Below are positions 40,753 to 48,431 of a DNA stretch of 64,000 nucleotides, piece after piece (the stretch's first letter is position 1; every line of letters begins with the position of its first letter). Position numbers and translations under genes: made by a program. Origin of the DNA: Chitinophaga pinensis (GTDB lineage Bacteria; Bacteroidota; Bacteroidia; NS11-12g; UBA955). The DNA lies in the NCBI GenBank assembly GCA_945888525.1, contig CAMDAF010000009.1, forward strand, positions 13,276 to 77,275, read 5' to 3'. The notes under the pieces were generated by a model. That model had not been told where the DNA came from. It did not search any database and saw only the letters and a program-made list of their open reading frames with translations.

Positions 40753-42018
40753 ATGAACAAACGCGAATTTATTAAAACCATTGGTCTAGCAGGCGCGGGC
40801 CTGCCTTTTGCTTCGTTTGCCCAACTCAATCATTTTTTAAATTTCAATATGAGCGAAACCCACATGCAGGGCAAGGATTTTTGGCTTGAAATGCGCAAAG
40901 CCTATAGCCTAAAATCAGACTACATCAACCTCGAAAATGGGTATTACAATATTCTGCCTCAGGCTACGCTGAATGTCCAATGGCAGCAAATGCAAGCCCT
41001 TAATCTTGAAGGTTCTCATTACATGCGCACCCGTATGGCCGACGACAAACAAAATACCCGTCAAGCGCTAGCCAATTTTTTACAATGCCCCCTTGACGAA
41101 ATCATTATTACCCGCAACACAACCGAATCTTTGGATACAGTGATTTGTGGATACGATTGGAAGCCTGGCGATGAAGCTATAATGGCCGAGCAAGAGTATG
41201 GCTCAATGCTCGATATGTTTAAGCAACAAGCCAGACGCTATGGCATGCTCAATCAATACCTCAACTTGCCTCTAAACCCAGGAAGCGATGAAGAAATTGT
41301 TGAGTTTTACCAAAAAGCCATTACCCCTAAAACCCGTTTAATCCTTGTTAGCCATATGGTTAATATCACTGGACAAATATTGCCCATTCGGAAAATCTGT
41401 GATATGGCCCATGCCCATGGGGTAAAGGTTTTGGTGGACGGTGCCCATGCCATAGCCCACCTCGATTTTAAAATCAGCGATTTGAATTGCGACTATTACG
41501 GCGCAAGTTTGCACAAATGGTTGGCCGTTCCTCTAGGCGCTGGACTCTTATTCGTTAAAAAAGAGAACATCAAAGCGCTATGGCCTCTTTTTGGAGAAGC
41601 CGGATACAGCGATACCGATATTCGCAAACTCAACCACACAGGAACTTACCCCATTCATTCAGAATTGAGCATTCCAGCAGCCATTCAATTCCATCAAGCC
41701 ATTGGCAGCAAGCGCAAAGAAGAACGATTGCGTTTTTTGCAACGCTATTGGTCAGACCAGGTCCGCGGATACAAGAACATCATTCTGAATACCCCTGCGG
41801 CTATTGAACGCTCTTGTGGTATTGCCAATGTTGGCGTTCTGGGTTATCAGCCGGCTGAATTGGCTAAATATTTAATGGAAACTTGGAAGATTTGGACCGT
41901 GGCTATAGACAATGTCGGTGTGCATGGTTGCCGCATAACACCCAATGTATTTACGAGCACCGACGAATTGGATGTTTTGGTAAAAGCCTTGAAAGCGGCC
42001 GCAGAGGCCAAAGGCTAA
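40753..42018 (+). CDS. Class V PLP-dependent aminotransferase-fold enzyme (isopenicillin-N epimerase/cysteine desulfurase-like) with Tat-like leader
   Basis: MNKREFIK leader; TRNTTESL, VDGAHA and SLHKWL (PLP lysine) motifs. Confidence 0.88.
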   Translation: MNKREFIKTIGLAGAGLPFASFAQLNHFLNFNMSETHMQGKDFWLEMRKAYSLKSDYINLENGYYNILPQATLNVQWQQMQALNLEGSHYMRTRMADDKQNTRQALANFLQCPLDEIIITRNTTESLDTVICGYDWKPGDEAIMAEQEYGSMLDMFKQQARRYGMLNQYLNLPLNPGSDEEIVEFYQKAITPKTRLILVSHMVNITGQILPIRKICDMAHAHGVKVLVDGAHAIAHLDFKISDLNCDYYGASLHKWLAVPLGAGLLFVKKENIKALWPLFGEAGYSDTDIRKLNHTGTYPIHSELSIPAAIQFHQAIGSKRKEERLRFLQRYWSDQVRGYKNIILNTPAAIERSCGIANVGVLGYQPAELAKYLMETWKIWTVAIDNVGVHGCRITPNVFTSTDELDVLVKALKAAAEAKG

Positions 42019-42070
42019 AATCATGATATTGTTTGCTTTTCAGACCTATCGCGCTTATTTTTGTAGCACT

Positions 42071-43675
42071 ATGCGCAAAGCCCTATCAATTTTGTTTTTA
42101 AGTTTTTGTATAAATACTCTGTTTGCGCAGGAGGTGTTTTATCCTGTGGAGTCATGGCAATACTCGCAGGCCTACCGCAACAATTTTACAGCTTGGCGCC
42201 CTGTGAAATCAGATGGGCAATTGAACCGATTTGCCCGCACTCTTTACCTTATTGAAAGGGACACCGATAGAATAATTGAGATAATAGACGAGCAGCAATT
42301 CGTCGATAGGCCTTTGTTTAAATATTTTTATAAAATGCAGGATGCTTTTTACAAGGTGCAGGAACCTGGAAAGTATGCTTTGATTGTCAATCCTGTTTTT
42401 CAATTTTCCTCGGGCCGCAGCGATACCGCTATGGTATACCGAAATACCCGTGGGGGAGAGATTTTAGGCAATGTAGGCGGATTAGAACGCGGCATTGGTT
42501 TTTATTCTTATTTTACTGAAAACCAGGAGCAATACCCCATTCAATACCGTCCATTAACCGATTCTTTGAACTTTGTGCCCAATGAATTTGTCTATAAAAC
42601 ATTTAAGAAGAAAGGCGCAGTCGATTACTTTCAAGCCCGCGGCTACGTGACCTTCAGTGCGGCTAATAATTTGGTTAAATTTCAATTTGGCCACGACAAA
42701 CACAAAATAGGCAGTGGCTACCGTTCGCTCATTTTAAGCGATTACGCCCCTCAATTTTTGTTTTTTAAAATCAATACCGATTTAGGGAAGTTCCACTATC
42801 AAAACTTATTCACCCAGTTTACAGACAACGGCCCCTTTCTCGGCGGTAGCTCCTTTACAAAGAAATATGCAGCCTTTCACCGCTTAAGTTTTGATGTTAC
42901 CAAGAATATCAACATTGGCGTCAACGAAATGGTGGTGTTCGACCGCATGGACAGTACCCAGGCCAACCAATTTGATTTTAATTACCTAAACCCAGTAATA
43001 TTTTACCGTTCCATCGAACACAATTTGGGCAGCCCCGACAACAGTTTGATGGCAGTCGATTTTTCATGGAAAATTAGAAGCCGCTACGTTGTTTATGGCC
43101 AATTTTTACTCGATGAATTCAATTTAAAATTCTTAAAAACAGAACCAAATTGGTGGGCCAATAAATACGGTTACCAATTAGGCGCCCGTGCCATCAACGC
43201 CTTCAAAATAAAAAACCTCGACCTTTTGGCCGAATACAACCACGTGCGACCTTATACCTACAGCCACAGACGTTCAACCCAAAGCTATTCGCATTTCAAC
43301 CAAGCCTTGGCCCATCCATTGGGTGCTAATTTTAGTGAAGCAATACTTGAAGTGAAATACAGCTTGGGAAAAAAATGGCATTTGCAAAGCAGTCTTATTT
43401 TTGCGCGCACGGGCAGAGATAGCTTCTTAAATGGGCGGAATTATGGAGGCAATATTTTGCGATCCTATGATAGCCGTGCAACAGAATTTAATTCGGTAAT
43501 GTATATGGGCAAACGCAGCGATTTGTTTTTGTACGATCTAAGCATTAGCTACATGCCACGTTACAATTGGTTTATTGACGCACGTGTCAATTACCGCCAA
43601 TTTGCAGGAAATAGCAATCTGTTTTTTAGTCTTGGTTTGCGCATAAATGCCAATTTGCGCAAATTCGATTACTAA
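42071..43675 (+). CDS. Outer-membrane beta-barrel protein, capsule-assembly Wzi-like
   Basis: Signal peptide LFA/Q; G.GYRSLILSD, YLNPVIFYR, DN, YGQFLLDE, RPYTYSH and LAHPLGANF motifs; ends FDY; TATTTTTG promoter at 42056-42063. Confidence 0.7.
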   Translation: MRKALSILFLSFCINTLFAQEVFYPVESWQYSQAYRNNFTAWRPVKSDGQLNRFARTLYLIERDTDRIIEIIDEQQFVDRPLFKYFYKMQDAFYKVQEPGKYALIVNPVFQFSSGRSDTAMVYRNTRGGEILGNVGGLERGIGFYSYFTENQEQYPIQYRPLTDSLNFVPNEFVYKTFKKKGAVDYFQARGYVTFSAANNLVKFQFGHDKHKIGSGYRSLILSDYAPQFLFFKINTDLGKFHYQNLFTQFTDNGPFLGGSSFTKKYAAFHRLSFDVTKNINIGVNEMVVFDRMDSTQANQFDFNYLNPVIFYRSIEHNLGSPDNSLMAVDFSWKIRSRYVVYGQFLLDEFNLKFLKTEPNWWANKYGYQLGARAINAFKIKNLDLLAEYNHVRPYTYSHRRSTQSYSHFNQALAHPLGANFSEAILEVKYSLGKKWHLQSSLIFARTGRDSFLNGRNYGGNILRSYDSRATEFNSVMYMGKRSDLFLYDLSISYMPRYNWFIDARVNYRQFAGNSNLFFSLGLRINANLRKFDY

Positions 43676-43718
43676 GGCTTGAGCCTACCTAAACCTTAAA
43701 TTCCTTATCTTTGCAGCC

Positions 43719-44549
43719 ATGTTACAGATTGGTAAATACCATACACTTGAGATTCTTAGACACGTTTCACCAGGCTTGTTTTTAGGAGATGGCGACGAAA
43801 ATGAAGTGTTGTTGCCAAACAAATACATGCCTGCGCATTACGAAATAGGCGACAAAATTACCGTTTTTGTTTACCTCGATTTTGATGAAAGGGAAGTGGC
43901 TACCACCATTAAACCGCCAATTACTTTAAATGGTTTTGCCATGTTAAAAGTGAAGGATGCCAACAGTGTTGGAGCCTTTTTAGATTGGGGACTTGAAAAA
44001 GACTTGTTCGTTCCTTTCAAAGAACAAATGAGCAAAATGCGTGTAGGTGCCTACTACTTGGTGCATTTGTACGAAGATGTAGAAACTGGTCGTTTGGTGG
44101 CATCACAAAAAGTTAGAAAGTTTTTAGACAACCGCGAATTGGACATTGAAGAAGGAGCGGAGGTAGATATTATAGTAGCCAACGATTCTGAATTGGGCGT
44201 TAACGTTATTGTCAACCAAAAATATGCAGGTTTAATTTACCACGACGAAGTATTCCAAGAACTGCGCAGTGGCGACCAATTGAAGGGTTACTTGAAAAAG
44301 ATCAGAGAAAACAACAAATTGGACATCTCCTTGCAAGCCAGCGGCTACCAGCACGTAGAGCCCAACGCCAACAAAATCCTAGAAGAAATGCGCAAGCACA
44401 ATGGCTATTTGGCCTTGCACGATGGCAGCGATCCCCAAGACATTTACCAACAAATAGGGATGAGCAAAAAGACCTTCAAAAAAGCCATCGGTTTGCTTTA
44501 TAAGCAAAAGTTAATTGTGATGGAAGAGGCGGGGATTAGGTTAATTTAG
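43719..44549 (+). CDS. cvfB: CvfB-family S1-domain RNA-binding protein
   Basis: VLLP, VFVYLD, GAFLDWGLEKDLFVP; C-terminal winged helix SKKTFKKAIGLLYK; TATCTTTG promoter at 43706-43713. Confidence 0.88.
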   Translation: MLQIGKYHTLEILRHVSPGLFLGDGDENEVLLPNKYMPAHYEIGDKITVFVYLDFDEREVATTIKPPITLNGFAMLKVKDANSVGAFLDWGLEKDLFVPFKEQMSKMRVGAYYLVHLYEDVETGRLVASQKVRKFLDNRELDIEEGAEVDIIVANDSELGVNVIVNQKYAGLIYHDEVFQELRSGDQLKGYLKKIRENNKLDISLQASGYQHVEPNANKILEEMRKHNGYLALHDGSDPQDIYQQIGMSKKTFKKAIGLLYKQKLIVMEEAGIRLI

Positions 44550-44580
44550 GGGCTAGGGTCTGGGGTTTAGGGGCTAGTTT
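44547..44580 (+). repeat. G-rich short tandem repeat (TAGGGG/TAGGG units) matching a G-quadruplex pattern
   Basis: TAGGGGCTAGGGTCTGGGGTTTAGGGGCTAGTTT; related copies at 48183-48248. Confidence 0.6.
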
Positions 44581-44595
44581 TTAGGTAATTTTTTG

Positions 44596-44682
44596 GCGCC
44601 TATCCGTGCCCTTTGTCTTCGCTTCGCTGCGGCTTTGTGGCCGAAGCGCCACAAGAGCTCCACGTCGGTCATCTGGGCGCGC
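44596..44682. repeat. GC-rich REP-like nested palindrome
   Basis: Outer GCGCCTA...TGGGCGC arms; inner TTGTGGC-CGAAGC-GCCACAA stem; CTTCGCTTCGCT core. Confidence 0.55.
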
Positions 44683-44817
44683 ATTTCGTTAAAACAATCC
44701 AAATCCTAGTATTGCTGAGTAACTCAAATTGGACCAAAGACCATCTTTTATTATGATAGTATAATTTTCTTATTTGCAAATAATCATAAACATGTGCCAC
44801 ATCATCGAACTGTTGGC

Positions 44818-44841
44818 GTTGTTGGCGGGGACTCCAACAAC
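44818..44841. repeat. REP-like hairpin
   Basis: GTTGTTGG-CGGGGACT-CCAACAAC perfect 8-bp stem. Confidence 0.5.
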
Positions 44842-44851
44842 ATGTATATCA

Positions 44852-44885
44852 TTAAAAAAGAGGACCAAAGGTCCTCCTTTTTTAA
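44852..44885. terminator. Bidirectional intrinsic terminator between cvfB and the AIM24 operon
   Basis: TTAAAAAA-GAGGACC-AAA-GGTCCTC-C-TTTTTTAA. Confidence 0.75.
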
Positions 44886-44965
44886 AAGTCAAATTTTCTT
44901 AAAACCACGAAACAAAGAAGCATTACCTATTGCCTCGCTCAGCTCCCTTGCTCTTGCGTCTCCGC

Positions 44966-45637
44966 CTAATTGTTCTTCGACGGCCTGAACGGTCTCAAGA
45001 AACTCAAAAGCGGATAGATTTTTCTGGTTTGTATCCACACCTTGCCTTCACCACTGAAGCGGCAAACAAATCCCTCGCCACTAAAGAATAAAGATTTGTA
45101 ACCCCCAACTTTTGAAACGCGGTAATCGAGTCCTTCTGTAAACGCTACAATGTGCCCAGTGTCTACAACATAAGCATCTTTAACGTCAATGGCCATGATG
45201 CCTCCGTAGCTGTTAAACCATAAGTCGCCTGTGCCAGAAACTTTGATTAAAAACAAGTTCTCGCCTGAGAAAAAACCTTTGGTAAGTCCTTGCCATTTGG
45301 TTTCAATTTTTAGGGCTGGATCAGCAGCTACAAAAGCGCTGTTTTGCAAGTAAATGGTTTGGTTGTCTAGGTATACATGGTCCATGTCGCCGGGCGCAGA
45401 TGGTGCAATAGTCATTTCACCACTTCCATTTTGTGCAGTAAATTCGTTGATAAACAAAGATTCTCCGGTAATAAAACGGCCTAAGCCTCCTTTGAATTTT
45501 GTCTTCATTTGAATATTGGTATCCATAGTAGCCATAGCTGAGGCTTCTACTTTAAGTGTTTCACCAGCCGGAATTCTAACGGTTAGAAAACTATAGTCTG
45601 GTTTATGATCGATGTTGTGTTTGAATTTTTCTTCCAT
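44966..45637 (-). CDS. AIM24/TIGR00266 family protein (third copy)
   Basis: GESLFINEF, SYG, VDTGHIVAF and SGEGFVCRFSGEGKVWIQTR motifs. Confidence 0.9.
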   Translation of the reverse strand: MEEKFKHNIDHKPDYSFLTVRIPAGETLKVEASAMATMDTNIQMKTKFKGGLGRFITGESLFINEFTAQNGSGEMTIAPSAPGDMDHVYLDNQTIYLQNSAFVAADPALKIETKWQGLTKGFFSGENLFLIKVSGTGDLWFNSYGGIMAIDVKDAYVVDTGHIVAFTEGLDYRVSKVGGYKSLFFSGEGFVCRFSGEGKVWIQTRKIYPLLSFLRPFRPSKNN

Positions 45638-45648
45638 AATTGTGTTGA

Positions 45649-46326
45649 TTAACGGGGTTTTAAACTAGGACCTAAAGACGAGCCAAAACTTTTAGGATTA
45701 TGCGATTGGCACCACACGGTTCCTTTCCCTTTGAAGCGGCATACAAAACCTTCTCCTCCAAGGAACGACGATAACCACGACTCGCCAACTTTGCTGATAT
45801 TGAATTTTAAACTTGGCTCAAATGCCACAATGTGTCCGGTGTCTACAATGTATTCGCCATCTACTTCAATTGGATAAATCATGCCATAGCTGTTGACAAT
45901 GACTTTGCCGGTGCCATTTAAGTTTAACCAAAACAAGCTCTCGCCAGAAAACAGCGATTTCATACCCTGCCAGTTAAAGTCTATTTCTATGCCTGGTTCT
46001 GAGGCTAAGTAAGAACCTGCTTGTACGATTAAAGATTCGTTGTCCAAGGTTTTGGCAATCATGTCGCCTTGCATTGCTGGTGCTAAATAAACCTCACCAC
46101 CATTGGCACTTGCTGTGTAGTGGTTGATAAAGAAATTCTCTCCACTCAACATGCGTTTTAATCCTTTCATAATGCCTCCGCCATTTTTTTTGTGCGTGGT
46201 GGTTTGCATGTCGATATCATTGCTCATGGCAATCATTGCACCGCCTTCAGCGGTTATTTGTTCGTTAGGACCCAACTGTACTTTCGCTACAGAACTACCT
46301 GGTCTCATTTGTATGTCAATTTCCAT
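45649..46326 (-). CDS. AIM24/TIGR00266 family protein (second copy)
   Basis: AEGGAMIAMS, SGENFFINHY, VDTGHIVAFE and GGEGFVCRFKGKGTVWCQSHN motifs. Confidence 0.9.
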   Translation of the reverse strand: MEIDIQMRPGSSVAKVQLGPNEQITAEGGAMIAMSNDIDMQTTTHKKNGGGIMKGLKRMLSGENFFINHYTASANGGEVYLAPAMQGDMIAKTLDNESLIVQAGSYLASEPGIEIDFNWQGMKSLFSGESLFWLNLNGTGKVIVNSYGMIYPIEVDGEYIVDTGHIVAFEPSLKFNISKVGESWLSSFLGGEGFVCRFKGKGTVWCQSHNPKSFGSSLGPSLKPR

Positions 46327-46336
46327 GTACTTTGTA

Positions 46337-46999
46337 TTAAATGTTTCTGTTTACCCATTTTGCCAAGCCAGAAAAACTTCTGGTTTGTATAATTATTTTT
46401 CCTTGTCCTTTGATGCGCATCACAAAACCTTCGCCGCTGGTAATACTCGAAATGATGTTGCCAGACAATTGGGTTTTGATGTTAAAGCCTTGCGGATACG
46501 CCACCAAGTGGTCGGTATCGACAATCAGTTCGCCGTTCACTTCTTTTTCCATAAGTCCACCATAGGCACCAATTAAGAACTTTCCGTTTCCTGACATTGA
46601 CAATCTGAACAAGCCTTCGCCACCAATCCATGAATTGATGCCGGCCCATTCTAAGCCCATTCTAACGCTAGGTTCGCAGCAAATAAACGAACCGCCTTGA
46701 AGGTAAAATTTCTCTCCATCTTTAACTTCCATTAAACGCACATCGCCCGGAAAGGCTTGGGTAATGGTCAGTCTAAGTCTGCTGGATGTGTTGTTGCTAA
46801 ACTCGTTAATGAATAGCGATTCTCCACCTAAAAATTTGCGGATTAAACCTTTGAATAGTCCCCCGTTGAGGCGAGGCTTCATGTCGATTTCGGAGTTCAT
46901 GCTTGCCATGGCATCCGATTCGGTGATAATTTTGTCGCCGGGCTCCAGATCCACATGCATGAATCCGAATGCTGGGGCGCCTTGAATTGTAAATTCCAT
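46337..46999 (-). CDS. AIM24/TIGR00266 family protein (first copy)
   Basis: ESDAMASM, GGESLFINEF, VDTDHLVAY and SGEGFVMRIKGQGKIIIQTR motifs. Confidence 0.9.
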   Translation of the reverse strand: MEFTIQGAPAFGFMHVDLEPGDKIITESDAMASMNSEIDMKPRLNGGLFKGLIRKFLGGESLFINEFSNNTSSRLRLTITQAFPGDVRLMEVKDGEKFYLQGGSFICCEPSVRMGLEWAGINSWIGGEGLFRLSMSGNGKFLIGAYGGLMEKEVNGELIVDTDHLVAYPQGFNIKTQLSGNIISSITSGEGFVMRIKGQGKIIIQTRSFSGLAKWVNRNI

Positions 47000-47014
47000 A
47001 AAGTGATACTGTTG

Positions 47015-48115
47015 TTATTTTTTAAAGTAAGCGCTCACATTGTTTTTAAATTCTGTAAAATTCAATGGTATTGCTTGGGTTTTCAAACCCTTTTTTTGTT
47101 TCTTTTTTAAACGCGCTATGCGTTCGCCGGTGGCAGGGTGGGTGCTTATAAAATCGGCCATACCCAAGTCGGGTCCTTCCTTGCTCATGGTTTCGAAAAA
47201 CTTCACCATGCCATTGGTGCTGATATGGGCTTTTTCCAACAACATAAATCCGTTGTCGTCGGCCTCACGTTCAAAGTCGCGGCTGTATTTTAAAGAACCC
47301 AAGGTAGCACCCGCTGTTGCTATTTCACCCGAGATGCCAGCAATATCGCCTAATAGAGCACGGATCACCATAAAGATGCCCATATTGCCAATAATACCTC
47401 GCAAGTGGTGGCGACGGCTCACATGTGATATTTCGTGAGCCAAAACACCCGCAACTTCTTCTGCGCTCTTGGCTTTTTCTATCAACCCAGAGTGTATCAC
47501 CACAGCACCACCTGGCAAAGCAAAGGCATTCAGGCTTTCGTCTTTTATGATGGTAAAACTAAATTTAAAGGCGGTATCATCTAGGGCTTTTATAAGGGGC
47601 TTGGTTATGGCATCCAATTGGGCCATAATTAGTGAATCTTTTAAAACGGTTTTGTCGGCAATTGCCGCTTTGCGCATGCTTTCTGAAATAGCGGTTTCTT
47701 GAGAAGGAGGAACCAAATTGGCGATGTGTTCAACAATGGCACCACGGAATGCAAACAAACTGCCGATGCCTATTACAAACAAAGCAATGATAATGGCAAT
47801 AATGCTGTAATTGCTGCGGCTTTTCATTTTCAGTTTGCCCAAAACCTTTTTCAATTCTGGGTCAAAACGGATTTCGTCGGCATTCAAAATGCTGCGGTCG
47901 TCGGTATAAAAGGTAAGCCCAGGACATTGGGGATGGGTAAAGAAAACAAAACGGTTTCCTGCCCCACCAATGCGCATCTCAACCCCATTAAGCGGCATTT
48001 TATGCACCTTGTTATTGAGGTCGGTAAAACTTAAGCCACCAAAATTAGTCTCCAATATCCCAGCACTGCGGCCGTTGTCAAAACCCTCCGATAAAGCAAT
48101 TGCGTTGTAATGCAT
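47015..48115 (-). CDS. M48 family zinc metallopeptidase with N-terminal soluble domain and a TM anchor
   Basis: NAFALPGG, HEISH (HExxH), YSRDFEREAD and STHP motifs; TM IIAIIIALFVIGIGSLFAF; TATTTTTG promoter on the minus strand at 48126-48133. Confidence 0.9.
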   Translation of the reverse strand: MHYNAIALSEGFDNGRSAGILETNFGGLSFTDLNNKVHKMPLNGVEMRIGGAGNRFVFFTHPQCPGLTFYTDDRSILNADEIRFDPELKKVLGKLKMKSRSNYSIIAIIIALFVIGIGSLFAFRGAIVEHIANLVPPSQETAISESMRKAAIADKTVLKDSLIMAQLDAITKPLIKALDDTAFKFSFTIIKDESLNAFALPGGAVVIHSGLIEKAKSAEEVAGVLAHEISHVSRRHHLRGIIGNMGIFMVIRALLGDIAGISGEIATAGATLGSLKYSRDFEREADDNGFMLLEKAHISTNGMVKFFETMSKEGPDLGMADFISTHPATGERIARLKKKQKKGLKTQAIPLNFTEFKNNVSAYFKK

Positions 48116-48182
48116 GTTGTGGATTCAAAAATAGGAATTTATTGCAGTTTAAAAATGGTGTTAAGGTTAAATGTTGGTAAAA

Positions 48183-48372
48183 TTAGGGGTTAGGGTACCC
48201 ACTTTCGTTTCACTCCAGCGGGCAAAGTAGGGGATAGGGTCTAGTTTTATTTTGGAGCAGCTTGTAAATCTCGAAATCTCTATATTTCTCCATTTCTCCA
48301 TCCCGCAGCGTGACGCAGCATAGCGAAGTCTCTGCTACTGGGATCATTCCCCACATTCCCCTTGCTCGTCTC
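48183..48372. repeat. Cluster of short tandem repeats and REP-like palindromes
   Basis: TTAGGGGTTAGGGT...TAGGGGATAGGGTCTAG interrupted by a CCCACT...AGCGGG hairpin; AAATCTC/ATTTCTCC and CATTCCCC repeats flanking an ATCCC...GGGAT palindrome (about 48300-48344). Confidence 0.55.
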
Positions 48373-48431
48373 AACGAATACCTATATTTTTGAACGAAGT
48401 CGTTTTTTAACCGAAGAACTTCCTCAACTAC

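Noticed and set aside
44550-44965. Intergenic hairpins as a CRISPR array or tRNA/riboswitch
   Set aside because: No regularly spaced identical repeats, no cloverleaf, no recognisable riboswitch consensus and no cas genes.
44794-44988. 64-aa ORF on the + strand
   Set aside because: GTG start; it runs through a REP-like hairpin and a terminator and overlaps the AIM24 stop; no protein-like features.
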